Below, in pieces: positions 11,618-19,985 of a DNA stretch of 64,000 bases (its first letter is position 1; every line of letters begins with the position of its first letter). The stretch is from a virus, in the UHGV virus genome UHGV-0167633. One strand, 5' to 3'. The notes beneath the pieces were generated by a model that saw nothing but the letters and a program-made list of their open reading frames with translations, had not been told where the DNA came from and searched no databases. The position numbers were made by a program, and so were the translations under genes.

Positions 11618-12691
11618 TCAAGCCTTAAGAGGCTTTGTGTATGTTCGTGTAATCCAACCAGTAATAAACTCATCCCCTGATTTAACCTGCACGTAAAGCC
11701 ATTGACGATCTTTCTTATCTAAAATAGCAACAATTGTGTTTTTGCCAATGCATTCAATCACTTCACTATTTAAAGAAGGGCCGACATGCAACCTTACGTT
11801 ATCACCTGTTATAGCTCTAAAATTATTAAGATCCTCCCACTGAATATCTTTATTTTCTTGTGTTAGCTTTTGCTTAGATATTGGCTTATCCTCATTTAGA
11901 GATAGAAGATATGATTCCATCTTGTAAATTTGCGATAATGTCTTTTCTTTTGCATAATCAGTTATAGCGCCAAGCACCACTTGATAAAAAATCCACAGAA
12001 GGAAGATCTGAATAGGAGAAGGAAGCGCCTTAAATGAATCAAAAAACGTCGAACTAGATTTATTAAATCCTTTGTTTTGATGCTCACTTTCGGTATGCGC
12101 TGATTTTATAGAATCATTAGCATAAGCCTGCGCGATAGTAACAAGCCCAAGCTCTACTACTTGCTCTAATAATACACTTCTTGTTTTATTATACTGCTTT
12201 ATTACTTCTTTAATATCTTTGCTTATCTTAATTTTGTAATTTATATTAGAGTGTAATTCTTTAAATACCTCCTCCATATTATTTAAGCCAGCTATCTTAT
12301 TAATGGCTTCTGAGTGTTTTCGTAACGGCATAGCCATTTCAGCTTGATTTTTAATTATTTGAATATGCTCATTTGCATCACTGGGAAAAGCCGCCTGATA
12401 CTGTTTCTGTAAAAATACCATTTGTTCACGAAACTGGTGTGCAATTCTCGTAACTTTTGGTAAAGACTCAAGTTCTTTTCGAAAACAATCATTAATTAAT
12501 TCTTGTTTTTTAACTGTTCCAAACTGTTTAACTAAACTCTTGTAAATATATTCTGAATTTAATAAACCACTTATCTTTTTATGCCTCACTCCTTTAATTT
12601 CATTTAAATAATCATAAAAGGCAGTGCCTTCAGCTTTATTATTAGAGTTAAGCGAAATGTGTTTAATATCCTTCACTTTATTCACCGTCAT
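11618..12691 (-). CDS. membrane protein with C-terminal SH3b-like domain (AT-rich accessory gene)
   Basis: 357-aa ORF; one predicted TM segment (IQIFLLWIFYQVVLGAI); C-terminal beta-rich segment resembling bacterial SH3; strongly AT-rich relative to flanks. Confidence 0.5.
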   Translation of the reverse strand: MTVNKVKDIKHISLNSNNKAEGTAFYDYLNEIKGVRHKKISGLLNSEYIYKSLVKQFGTVKKQELINDCFRKELESLPKVTRIAHQFREQMVFLQKQYQAAFPSDANEHIQIIKNQAEMAMPLRKHSEAINKIAGLNNMEEVFKELHSNINYKIKISKDIKEVIKQYNKTRSVLLEQVVELGLVTIAQAYANDSIKSAHTESEHQNKGFNKSSSTFFDSFKALPSPIQIFLLWIFYQVVLGAITDYAKEKTLSQIYKMESYLLSLNEDKPISKQKLTQENKDIQWEDLNNFRAITGDNVRLHVGPSLNSEVIECIGKNTIVAILDKKDRQWLYVQVKSGDEFITGWITRTYTKPLKA

Positions 12692-13184
12692 CTTGTTTTA
12701 AACACCCGTCATTTTTAGCTTCTGTATAAATACTGGAAATACCATCCAGAGTGAATGATGTGATTCGACTCGAACCGATATATACATCTATGTTTTTTTC
12801 ATTTGTAGATGACACTGCCTTCCAAAATGAATACCATTCCCTACGATTAGGAGCAGTGTTTTGCGTGCCAATATTAAAACTATCCGGGCCAACAATTAAA
12901 GTAATTACATCTGCTTTACGTGATATTGTGTCGCGTGTAGAAAAATCGGCATTCTCTTTTCCTCCGCTTACATACAAATTTCTTCCAGCGATATGATCTT
13001 CTGAACCTTCCCTTGCTCCAGCATCACAAGAAAAGTTAATTGTGTAACCATCGTCATTGGTTGCAGAGATTTCTCTCCACCCTTGCTCACCTCCTACCGT
13101 CCAAACGGTAGAACCTGCCATTGCTGATAATGGCAGAAAAGAGGACATTAATAAAAAGCTATACAATGACTTATACAATTTCAT
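12678..13184 (-). CDS. secreted protein with signal peptide (AT-rich accessory gene)
   Basis: 168-aa ORF; N-terminal signal peptide (MKLYKSLYSFLLMSSFLPLSAMA); overlaps downstream gene start by 14 nt. Confidence 0.5.
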   Translation of the reverse strand: MKLYKSLYSFLLMSSFLPLSAMAGSTVWTVGGEQGWREISATNDDGYTINFSCDAGAREGSEDHIAGRNLYVSGGKENADFSTRDTISRKADVITLIVGPDSFNIGTQNTAPNRREWYSFWKAVSSTNEKNIDVYIGSSRITSFTLDGISSIYTEAKNDGCLKQDDGE

Positions 13185-13272
13185 ATTTTTATCCTTTTGT
13201 TTTTAGATATTATAGGCATAGTCCATATTGTTAGATCCACTATGCCCAGAGAATTTAATATTATTTATTAAA

Positions 13273-13791
13273 TTATGGGGCTACACCCGGCCCCCTAGCT
13301 CGTTCTTCAAGCGTACCCTGTACGTTTTGATGGCGCATTCCTGGGGCATTTCTTATTGAGTCAATGCCATTTCTTCCAACATCTTCTTTATTAACGGCAT
13401 TGCTCGCCACCAGCACACCCCAGCTAGGGATAGCAAAATCAGGAGCGGTTTCGCATGCCTTTACCATATAATCGAAAGTGCTTCGATTGATCTCGTTTGC
13501 GTCGGGATTTAATAGGCGAGAATATTGATATTTAGCATTTTCGTTGGTTGCGACTTTATATAGTTCTTGCTGCACCATCGCTTCAGAAAGTTTAAGACGT
13601 TTCATATCTGACAGTAACTTCTTGCGCATGGATTCGTCTTGACTGACAGCAAAGCCGTAAACGTGCCCAAGGTATTTCGTATAATCGGTACAAATCTCCT
13701 TCACGCTTGATGCTGCATTAACAGTCCCAGCCATAAATAATAACGGTAGTAATAGTTTTCTCATTATAACCTCACCTGCCTTATAACTCAT
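13273..13791 (-). CDS. periplasmic protein carrying a Sit-like C-terminal motif (possible superinfection-exclusion protein)
   Basis: 172-aa ORF with signal peptide; last ~27 aa (NAPGMRHQNVQGTLEERARGPGVAP) closely match an internal Sit segment (NGRGMRREVVQGTLEERARGKGTA); occupies the position of the P1 sim locus. Confidence 0.5.
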   Translation of the reverse strand: MSYKAGEVIMRKLLLPLLFMAGTVNAASSVKEICTDYTKYLGHVYGFAVSQDESMRKKLLSDMKRLKLSEAMVQQELYKVATNENAKYQYSRLLNPDANEINRSTFDYMVKACETAPDFAIPSWGVLVASNAVNKEDVGRNGIDSIRNAPGMRHQNVQGTLEERARGPGVAP

Positions 13792-13860
13792 TTAGGGTAC
13801 ATATTTTCGCCTTTAAAAAAAAGAGGTTATTAGATCCAGTTGTGTATTTACTAATCAGAT

Positions 13861-13877
13861 AATGCTCTAATAGATTT
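13861..13877 (+). promoter_or_regulatory. C1-repressor-type operator upstream of immI (Op51-like)
   Basis: aATGCTCTAATAgATTT, 15/17 match to the ATTGCTCTAATAAATTT motif recurring in this window. Confidence 0.5.
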
Positions 13878-14044
13878 GTATTTTTAAGTCGCGAATGCTA
13901 TCTTTTCGCATCATATTGACCTTTTAATCGTTCAGGCTTATAGTTCCGCCGTCGTAGCAAATTCTGCGACCGGGTTTAGCAGCCTGAATGATTGTGCGGA
14001 CAGCCGCAGATATCCGATATTGCGGTATTTTTGTGTCCGTAAAA

Positions 14045-14175
14045 CCGCGTTACGCCCAAATTATGGTGGGGCGTGATGGGGAGGCTTCGGCCTGCTGGTT
14101 TCACAATCGCCAGTCTGCTAACCCCGTCACGTCCTGCCACCTGTTTAGCAGCGGGTAGCAGGTTGTTAAACCTGA
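14045..14175 (+). ncRNA. candidate c4-like antisense regulatory RNA
   Basis: ORF-free, densely hairpinned segment between operator and icd (CGCCC/GGGCG, GGCTTCGGCC tetraloop, CTGCTAA/TTAGCAG, CAGGTT/AACCTG adjacent to icd RBS); position as in P1 c4. Confidence 0.3.
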
Positions 14176-14191
14176 TTGTGAGGCCGTAACT

Positions 14192-14413
14192 ATGGTTAAT
14201 GCCAATCCTTGCGCGCGCCCTGAATTTATCTGGCGTTTCTATTCCTGTAAAAAACACCACTATCACTTCGTTATCGCAGCAACAGAAGACGAAGCACGCT
14301 CTCAATTGCCTGATGGCCCCTGCATTTTTACTGCCCGTTTTTCTACTGACTCGCGCAATTCACTTAGTTACTGGAACCTCCCCTTCTCTGCCGACGTTCA
14401 GGGGGGTTTATGA
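14192..14413 (+). CDS. icd: Icd-like small protein upstream of ant
   Basis: 73-aa ORF with RBS GAGG, stop overlapping ant start (ATGA); size and position as P1 icd. Confidence 0.45.
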   Translation: MVNANPCARPEFIWRFYSCKKHHYHFVIAATEDEARSQLPDGPCIFTARFSTDSRNSLSYWNLPFSADVQGGL

Positions 14414-15801
14414 AAACACCTCTCGTCACCCGTAATGAAATAGCCGAAGCGATCGCCTTGCATACAATCTGTATGCCGACACGGGAGATCCCCGGCGCAA
14501 TTGCTAACTATTTCATGATAACCAGGCGTTTTTATACCCGAACAGATAAGGCTGTGATCAACAGGCTACTGATAGCCGAGATCAGGGATTATTTGATTGA
14601 ACAAGGACGTCTACGTTACGCAACAGTGGCAGCAGAAATGAGAAAGGAGGCACATAGAATGACCAGTAATAATTTGAATGTTAAAAAACCAGAATCTGTT
14701 GCTTCAGCTACGCCATCACCAGCTGTGAATGTTATCTCCAACACTGGAGACACAATCGACAGCCAGACGCTGTTAAAGATGGTTAATGAGGCGCGCAAGC
14801 TATGTGGGGAAAATGAGATCCGTAATAACGATTTTCTCAATAGAATTAAGGATGAACTTGATGGGGAATTTTACGAAACTTTCGTAAAATCCCATGGCAC
14901 AAGGGCCGGGCGCTCTTTTGAGGTCATAACCATGACCTACAAACAAGCCCTGCGCGTTGCTGCTCGCGAATCGAAAGCGGTCCGCCGTTCGCTACATACC
15001 ATGATTCAGTCATTGGAACCTATAAATGTAGAAAATCAGCCTGATGAAATTCCCGTTCTGGAATGGCAGGGAGTACGCGTCGTGACAACCGAGACTCTTG
15101 CTAGAGGGTATGGCACTACACCTATTCGTATTCAGCAGAACTACAATCGCAATGAAGAACGATTTGTAGAGGGTAAACACTTCTTTAAAATCAAAGGAGA
15201 TGAGATAAAAAGTTTGCGACTATCTTTTAGCGAGTTGCAAATTTCCCCCAAGACCAGATCCTTAATACTCTGGACCGAACGCGGAGCGGCACGCATGTCT
15301 AAGATCGTAGACACAGAGCAAGCGTGGGCATTCTTTGAAAAACTGGAAGACAGCTACTTCCGGCAAAAAGAACAGCAACCGGTCACAATCCCCCAAACAT
15401 TACCAGAAGCTCTACGCCTGGCTGCCGAGTTGGCAGAGCAGAAAATGCAGTTGGAACAACAGCTGGTGGCCGCAGCCCCTAAAGTAGATTTTGCCGACCG
15501 GGTATCAGTGGCTAATGGAATCCTGATCGGGAACTTTGCAAAGGTCGTTGGACTTAAGCAAAACGCCCTTTTCTCATGGTTGCGCCAGAACGGCATTCTC
15601 ATGGCTTTTGGTGCGCGCAAAAACGTACCGCGCCAGCAGTACATTAACGCCGGGTATTTCACGGTGAAAGAAGTGGTGCTGGATGATGAAAATGGCTACC
15701 AGATACGGCTGACGCCCCAATTAACGGGTAAAGGCCAGCAGTGGTTAACTCGCAAGCTACTTGATGCTGGCTTGTTAAAACCGGTGGCGTCCTTGTCTTA
15801 A
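14410..15801 (+). CDS. ant: antirepressor Ant (Bro-N/KilA-C type)
   Basis: 463-aa ORF; C-terminal KilA-C-like block (DFADRVSVANGILIGNFAKVVGLKQNALFSWLRQNGIL) shared with downstream kilA paralog. Confidence 0.75.
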   Translation: MKTPLVTRNEIAEAIALHTICMPTREIPGAIANYFMITRRFYTRTDKAVINRLLIAEIRDYLIEQGRLRYATVAAEMRKEAHRMTSNNLNVKKPESVASATPSPAVNVISNTGDTIDSQTLLKMVNEARKLCGENEIRNNDFLNRIKDELDGEFYETFVKSHGTRAGRSFEVITMTYKQALRVAARESKAVRRSLHTMIQSLEPINVENQPDEIPVLEWQGVRVVTTETLARGYGTTPIRIQQNYNRNEERFVEGKHFFKIKGDEIKSLRLSFSELQISPKTRSLILWTERGAARMSKIVDTEQAWAFFEKLEDSYFRQKEQQPVTIPQTLPEALRLAAELAEQKMQLEQQLVAAAPKVDFADRVSVANGILIGNFAKVVGLKQNALFSWLRQNGILMAFGARKNVPRQQYINAGYFTVKEVVLDDENGYQIRLTPQLTGKGQQWLTRKLLDAGLLKPVASLS

Positions 15802-16039
15802 CGTATTCAGACCAGGATTTGCCATAAATTACAGGCATGTGTACGATATGCCCAACCCTGTTTTTCAGGGGAGGCGCAACGTTATGCGGGGGTTATGAAC
15901 TCCTGGATGCGTAGCCTCCAGACAGAAAAAACCCTCGCTACAACGTTGCATGGAGGCAACCAGCGAGGGCATTCCTTATGTCTGAACAACAAGAGGATAG
16001 CCGCAAGCAGTTGCTGTTGCAAGTATGCGGAGCTTCGTA

Positions 16040-16156
16040 ATGACTCTTCAAAAAGCTTGCAAGTGGATTGTGACCAACATCATTGTTCCTGTCATCATCG
16101 GAGCTTCAAGTTCTGTGTTGGCATCAGTGATTGCCTCACTTCTCCACATTGCATAA
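16040..16156 (+). CDS. candidate small hydrophobic peptide (38 aa)
   Basis: ATG with GGAG 9 nt upstream; MTLQKACKWIVTNIIVPVIIGASSSVLASVIASLLHIA; followed by intrinsic terminator. Not in ORF track (below length cutoff). Confidence 0.3.
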   Translation: MTLQKACKWIVTNIIVPVIIGASSSVLASVIASLLHIA

Positions 16157-16210
16157 CAACATTGAAGGGCGTTAGTTCGCAGTGTAACAGCAGCGCGTTG
16201 CGCCCGAACA

Positions 16211-16246
16211 GGCCACAGGGTAAAACCTGTGGCCTTTTTCGTTTTA
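16211..16246 (+). terminator. rho-independent terminator
   Basis: GGCCACAGG-GTAAAA-CCTGTGGCC followed by TTTTTCGTTTT. Confidence 0.55.
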
Positions 16247-16271
16247 TCCAGCCACAAATCCACATTGAAAA

Positions 16272-16299
16272 ACGCCTTATACAAAAAAACCTGCCAGCA
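16272..16299 (-). terminator. rho-independent terminator (minus-strand reading)
   Basis: CCTGCCAG-CAAA-CTGGCAGG; on minus strand followed by TTTTTTTGT. Confidence 0.45.
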
Positions 16300-16352
16300 A
16301 ACTGGCAGGTTTCTGAGCAGATCGACCAACCCGATCTGGATCGAGTCAGAAA

Positions 16353-16369
16353 AATTTGCTCTAATAAAT
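16353..16369 (+). promoter_or_regulatory. C1-repressor-type operator upstream of kilA (Op53-like)
   Basis: TTTGCTCTAATAAATTT, 16/17 to consensus, 70 bp upstream of kilA. Confidence 0.55.
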
Positions 16370-16440
16370 TTCGTTTTCTAAGTGCAAAGAATCACCATTC
16401 CGAGCTGGTGATTGAAGGTTGATGCAAATTTGGAGAAAAA

Positions 16441-17241
16441 ATGCAACAAACATTCAATGCAGATATGAATATATCAAACCTTCATCAAAATGTCGATCCT
16501 TCAACCACTCTGCCCGTTATTTGTGGTGTTGAAATTACGACCGACCGCGCTGGCCGTTACAACCTTAATGCTCTACACAGAGCGAGCGGACTCGGTGCCC
16601 ATAAAGCGCCAGCTCAATGGCTAAGAACGCTGTCAGCAAAACAGCTCATCGAAGAGCTTGAAAAAGAAACTATGCAGAATTGCATAGTTTCGTTCGAAGG
16701 TCGTGGCGGCGGCACTTTTGCCCATGAATTGCTCGCTGTGGAGTACGCAGGTTGGATTTCTCCCGCGTTTCGGCTGAAGGTAAACCAGACATTTATCGAC
16801 TATCGAGCCGGAAGATTACAACCAGCTATTCCGCAGAGTCTCCCTGAAGCTCTCCGTTTGGCTGCCGACCTGGCAGAGCAAAAGCAACGCCTGGAGCAAA
16901 AAATGCTTATGGATGCCCCTAAAGTCGAATTCGCCGAACGCGTTGCTACCGCCAGCGGGGTTCTAATCGGCAACTATGCCAAAGTGCTCGGCCTGGGCCA
17001 AAACTATCTCTTCACCTGGTTGCGTGATAACGGAATTCTGATCGCAACCGGTGAACGCAGGAACGTCCCCAAACAAGAATACATATCCCGTGGGTATTTC
17101 ACCCTTAAAGAAACCGTGATCGATACAAGCAACGGAAGCAGGATTTCTTTCACGACTCGTATAACCGGCAAAGGTCAGCAGTGGCTAATGAAGCGATTGC
17201 TTGATGCTGGTGTGCTGGTACCTGTCGCGGCAACGCGCTAA
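16441..17241 (+). CDS. kilA: KilA (KilA-C domain protein)
   Basis: 266-aa ORF (same length as P1 KilA); KilA-C block PKVEFAERVATASGVLIGNYAKVLGLGQNYLFTWLRDNGIL. Confidence 0.7.
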   Translation: MQQTFNADMNISNLHQNVDPSTTLPVICGVEITTDRAGRYNLNALHRASGLGAHKAPAQWLRTLSAKQLIEELEKETMQNCIVSFEGRGGGTFAHELLAVEYAGWISPAFRLKVNQTFIDYRAGRLQPAIPQSLPEALRLAADLAEQKQRLEQKMLMDAPKVEFAERVATASGVLIGNYAKVLGLGQNYLFTWLRDNGILIATGERRNVPKQEYISRGYFTLKETVIDTSNGSRISFTTRITGKGQQWLMKRLLDAGVLVPVAATR

Positions 17242-17270
17242 CAGACGTAGTAAGAACCACCAGCATTGTA

Positions 17271-17780
17271 ATGCTGGCTAAAGTCACTTTCCTGAGCTGT
17301 ATAACGATGAGCGATTTTACTTTTTCTGGCTATGAATTGGCCTGCTTTGTAACACACTCCGGTCTATCCCGCAGCGCCGGGCATATCCTGTCGCAATGTG
17401 CAAATCTCGCGGCAACAACCAGTGAATACTTCATTCACAAGCCTCACCGCATGATCGCGGCAGAAACTGGTTATAGCCAATCAACCGTCGTTCGTGCATT
17501 CCGTGAAGCTGTAAACAAAGGAATCCTGTCGGTAGAGATTGTTATCGGCGATCACCGTGAACGCCGCGCTAACCTGTACCGGTTTACACCATCCTTTTTG
17601 GCCTTCGCACAACAAGCCAAAAATGCGCTGATTGAAAGCAAATTAAAGATCTCTTCAGCGGCAACCAAGGTTAAAGCTGTTCTCGCTAAGACATTGGCTT
17701 TATTTAATTTTTTATCCACACCCCCATGTCAAAATGATACCCCCTCTCCCTGTCAGGATGACGTGGCAATAAAGAATTAG
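17271..17780 (+). CDS. RepL-like lytic replication initiator (winged-helix)
   Basis: 169-aa ORF directly after kilA; HTH-like segment (SQSTVVRAFREAVNKGIL); start uncertain (alternative ATG at 17307). Confidence 0.4.
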   Translation: MLAKVTFLSCITMSDFTFSGYELACFVTHSGLSRSAGHILSQCANLAATTSEYFIHKPHRMIAAETGYSQSTVVRAFREAVNKGILSVEIVIGDHRERRANLYRFTPSFLAFAQQAKNALIESKLKISSAATKVKAVLAKTLALFNFLSTPPCQNDTPSPCQDDVAIKN

Positions 17781-17846
17781 AAGTCTCAATGTCGAAATAG
17801 AAAAAGATCAGTTTCCGGCGCTGCCGGAACGACCAAACTCAAAAAA

Positions 17847-18113
17847 TTGACTTCATGGATCGCTGGTGCAAAAGCAAAGGCCGACAATCTGCGGTTATCC
17901 AAAAAACGCGCTCAAAAACATGAGTTCCAGCAGAAAGTTGAGGCAGCGGCCCGGAAATATGCTTACCTGAAGAGCAAGCGTTCTCCTGATATTGGCGGGA
18001 TATCAAACTTCGATAATCTGCCGCATTGCATGACGGTAAACGAAGCTCTGGATATGGTCCTATCTACAAGAAAAGAAAAGGAATTTTATATTCCAACTGG
18101 TTTTCGCGGATGA
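17847..18113 (+). CDS. hypothetical protein
   Basis: 88-aa ORF; no motif recognised. Confidence 0.3.
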   Translation: MTSWIAGAKAKADNLRLSKKRAQKHEFQQKVEAAARKYAYLKSKRSPDIGGISNFDNLPHCMTVNEALDMVLSTRKEKEFYIPTGFRG

Positions 18114-18208
18114 TCGCGAATGATAGAATCTTTACGTGTATTTAACGCTCAATACACACTATTTTGTCACCAGTATTATTTTTAACGTTTTTATAGGTAA
18201 CTTTTTCC

Positions 18209-18724
18209 ATGAAAAAAGTAGTTTTAACGGCCCTTCTGGCATGTGCCTTGGGGGTTGCTGGGACTGCCTCCGCATATCAGCACACACTCTCCTTAGACTT
18301 TGCCCAAGGAAGCGCAACGGTTAAAGGCGGAGATATAAAAGATCCAAAAGGCGTGAATATTAAATATCGCTACGAAATGGATTCTACGTGGGGTGGATTA
18401 GCTTCGGTCACTTACGAAAAGTCAAACACAAACCTATGGAATGCCGCCAAAGCCAAGGTTGAGTATGCCTCATTTACTTTTGGTCCGTCATACAGATTCA
18501 ATGAATTAATGAGTGCATACGGCTTGGTGGGTTTAAGCCATGCGGATGCAACAGCAAAACTGAATGGACAGTCATATGCTGGCTTTGGAACCGATTTTGC
18601 TTATGGACTTGGGCTTCAATTTAACCCATCTCCGCAGTTTGCAGTTGATCTCTCGTATGAACGTTCTAAACCAGGTGATCTAAGCAATAGCATTTGGATG
18701 CTTGGTGTCGGTTACCGATTTTAA
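18209..18724 (+). CDS. Ail/Lom/PagC-family outer membrane beta-barrel protein
   Basis: 171-aa ORF with signal peptide (MKKVVLTALLACALGVAGTASA), alternating-hydrophobic beta strands, C-terminal GYRF; followed by hairpin CCCTCTGC/GCAGAGGG. Confidence 0.8.
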   Translation: MKKVVLTALLACALGVAGTASAYQHTLSLDFAQGSATVKGGDIKDPKGVNIKYRYEMDSTWGGLASVTYEKSNTNLWNAAKAKVEYASFTFGPSYRFNELMSAYGLVGLSHADATAKLNGQSYAGFGTDFAYGLGLQFNPSPQFAVDLSYERSKPGDLSNSIWMLGVGYRF

Positions 18725-18771
18725 CTATTTAGTCCCTCTGCCCTACGCAGAGGGATTTATACTTTGCTCTG

Positions 18772-19035
18772 GTGATATTCGTTATGTTCATTGAGACTAA
18801 CGCTATGACTATCCTGGTATCTATTCCCATCTATATACTAATTGGTGGACTGATATACGCATTAAGTCGATATATTTTGCGAGCTAATGCAGAAATGGCC
18901 TGGTGGGATCGTTTTTGGATAATGATTTTTTTTGGCATATTCTGGCCATTAGGGCTCATGTTTGTTGCAACATTTCTTCTGATGTGGATATTCACCCTTC
19001 CAGGTGATTTCTATAGAAAAAAAACCAGACATTGA
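18772..19035 (+). CDS. small inner-membrane protein
   Basis: 87-aa ORF with two or three predicted TM helices; AT-rich. Confidence 0.4.
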   Translation: MIFVMFIETNAMTILVSIPIYILIGGLIYALSRYILRANAEMAWWDRFWIMIFFGIFWPLGLMFVATFLLMWIFTLPGDFYRKKTRH

Positions 19036-19217
19036 TACACCCGCTGCGGTGTGCTTGGGGCTATCAGCTTCAGGTATTACCCGAAAAGCAGATAGAAGAA
19101 AGCCCCAGTAAACATTATGCGTCCCGCACAACGCTTAACATTAACCGGGGCCATACCTATGCTTAGCGTACTTAGATTAATCCTCTCCTCTGTCAAGGAG
19201 CAAGGAATTTTTTACTG

Positions 19218-19850
19218 CTATGCCGCCTTTCCAGTTATGGATTCTGCGACAAGAACAACCCCATGCTTACTTCGATCCGGATGTTCACTCCATATCTCGG
19301 ATTCAGGAATACTTTCCCCGTCATAGCAAACACGTTCGCCGTCAAACGGGTAATACTGAGCGGCATCGGTGTCGAGGATAAACACTTTTAGCTCGGATGA
19401 GCGACGGGCGATGTGTTGCCAAAGAGCTTTTCCACCTTCGTATTGCTCATTATCACTGAGCAAAACAACACCAGCTTTTGAGGCTACGGTTTCGTAAACA
19501 AAAGTGGCTAAACCGACATCCCGGACGATTCCATCAACCACGATACCTTCAATCTGGGCAACATCGCTATCCTCCCAGAACTTCCTTACCAGTACGCCTT
19601 CAAGCTGCGGGCGACGTTGAAGTTCAAGAGTAGCGACAACCTTATGCCGCATATCACCATCGATAACAGAAGGCGCAGCCTCTATTACAGCTGCAAATGG
19701 GGTTTTGGAATCCCATATAACCTGGTAAAGCACACCCTGGATGGTAACGCCGTCCAGGATCGAAAATCGACGAGCGACAGTACCCGGGGAGTACGACATT
19801 GGAATCACAGCCATTTTAGAGTCCCCCTTTAACAGTACAGGCACAAACAT
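19218..19850 (-). CDS. hypothetical protein (own promoter region and upstream terminator)
   Basis: 210-aa ORF (likely start at MAVIPMSY); preceded by AT-rich region and bidirectional hairpin. Confidence 0.4.
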   Translation of the reverse strand: MFVPVLLKGDSKMAVIPMSYSPGTVARRFSILDGVTIQGVLYQVIWDSKTPFAAVIEAAPSVIDGDMRHKVVATLELQRRPQLEGVLVRKFWEDSDVAQIEGIVVDGIVRDVGLATFVYETVASKAGVVLLSDNEQYEGGKALWQHIARRSSELKVFILDTDAAQYYPFDGERVCYDGESIPESEIWSEHPDRSKHGVVLVAESITGKAA

Positions 19851-19941
19851 CTACCTCAATAATTGTAGTTTATTAGAACATTAATAATCTAACATAAAAC
19901 TCCAGACAATGTTATCGATGCATTTTTATATAAAAAGGTTA

Positions 19942-19967
19942 TAAAAAAAGCTCCCGAAGGAGCTTTA
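19942..19967 (-). terminator. rho-independent terminator (bidirectional hairpin)
   Basis: AGCTCC-CGAA-GGAGCT flanked by A7 upstream and T3 downstream on plus strand. Confidence 0.5.
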
Positions 19968-19985
19968 AAATACAAGGGATGACTC

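Noticed and set aside
16353-16369. Interpreting the recurring ATTGCTCTAATAAATTT motif as a late promoter
   Set aside because: The motif is asymmetric, 17 bp, and sits upstream of early/immunity operons (immI, kilA, ban region) rather than only virion operons, which fits C1 repressor operators better; I could not define a separate late-promoter consensus by eye.
15895-16422. 175-aa ORF in the ant-kilA intergenic region
   Set aside because: Cys/His/Ser-rich low-complexity translation with no protein-like pattern; it reads through two intrinsic terminators and an operator site. A 38-aa hydrophobic ORF in another frame is the more credible coding feature.
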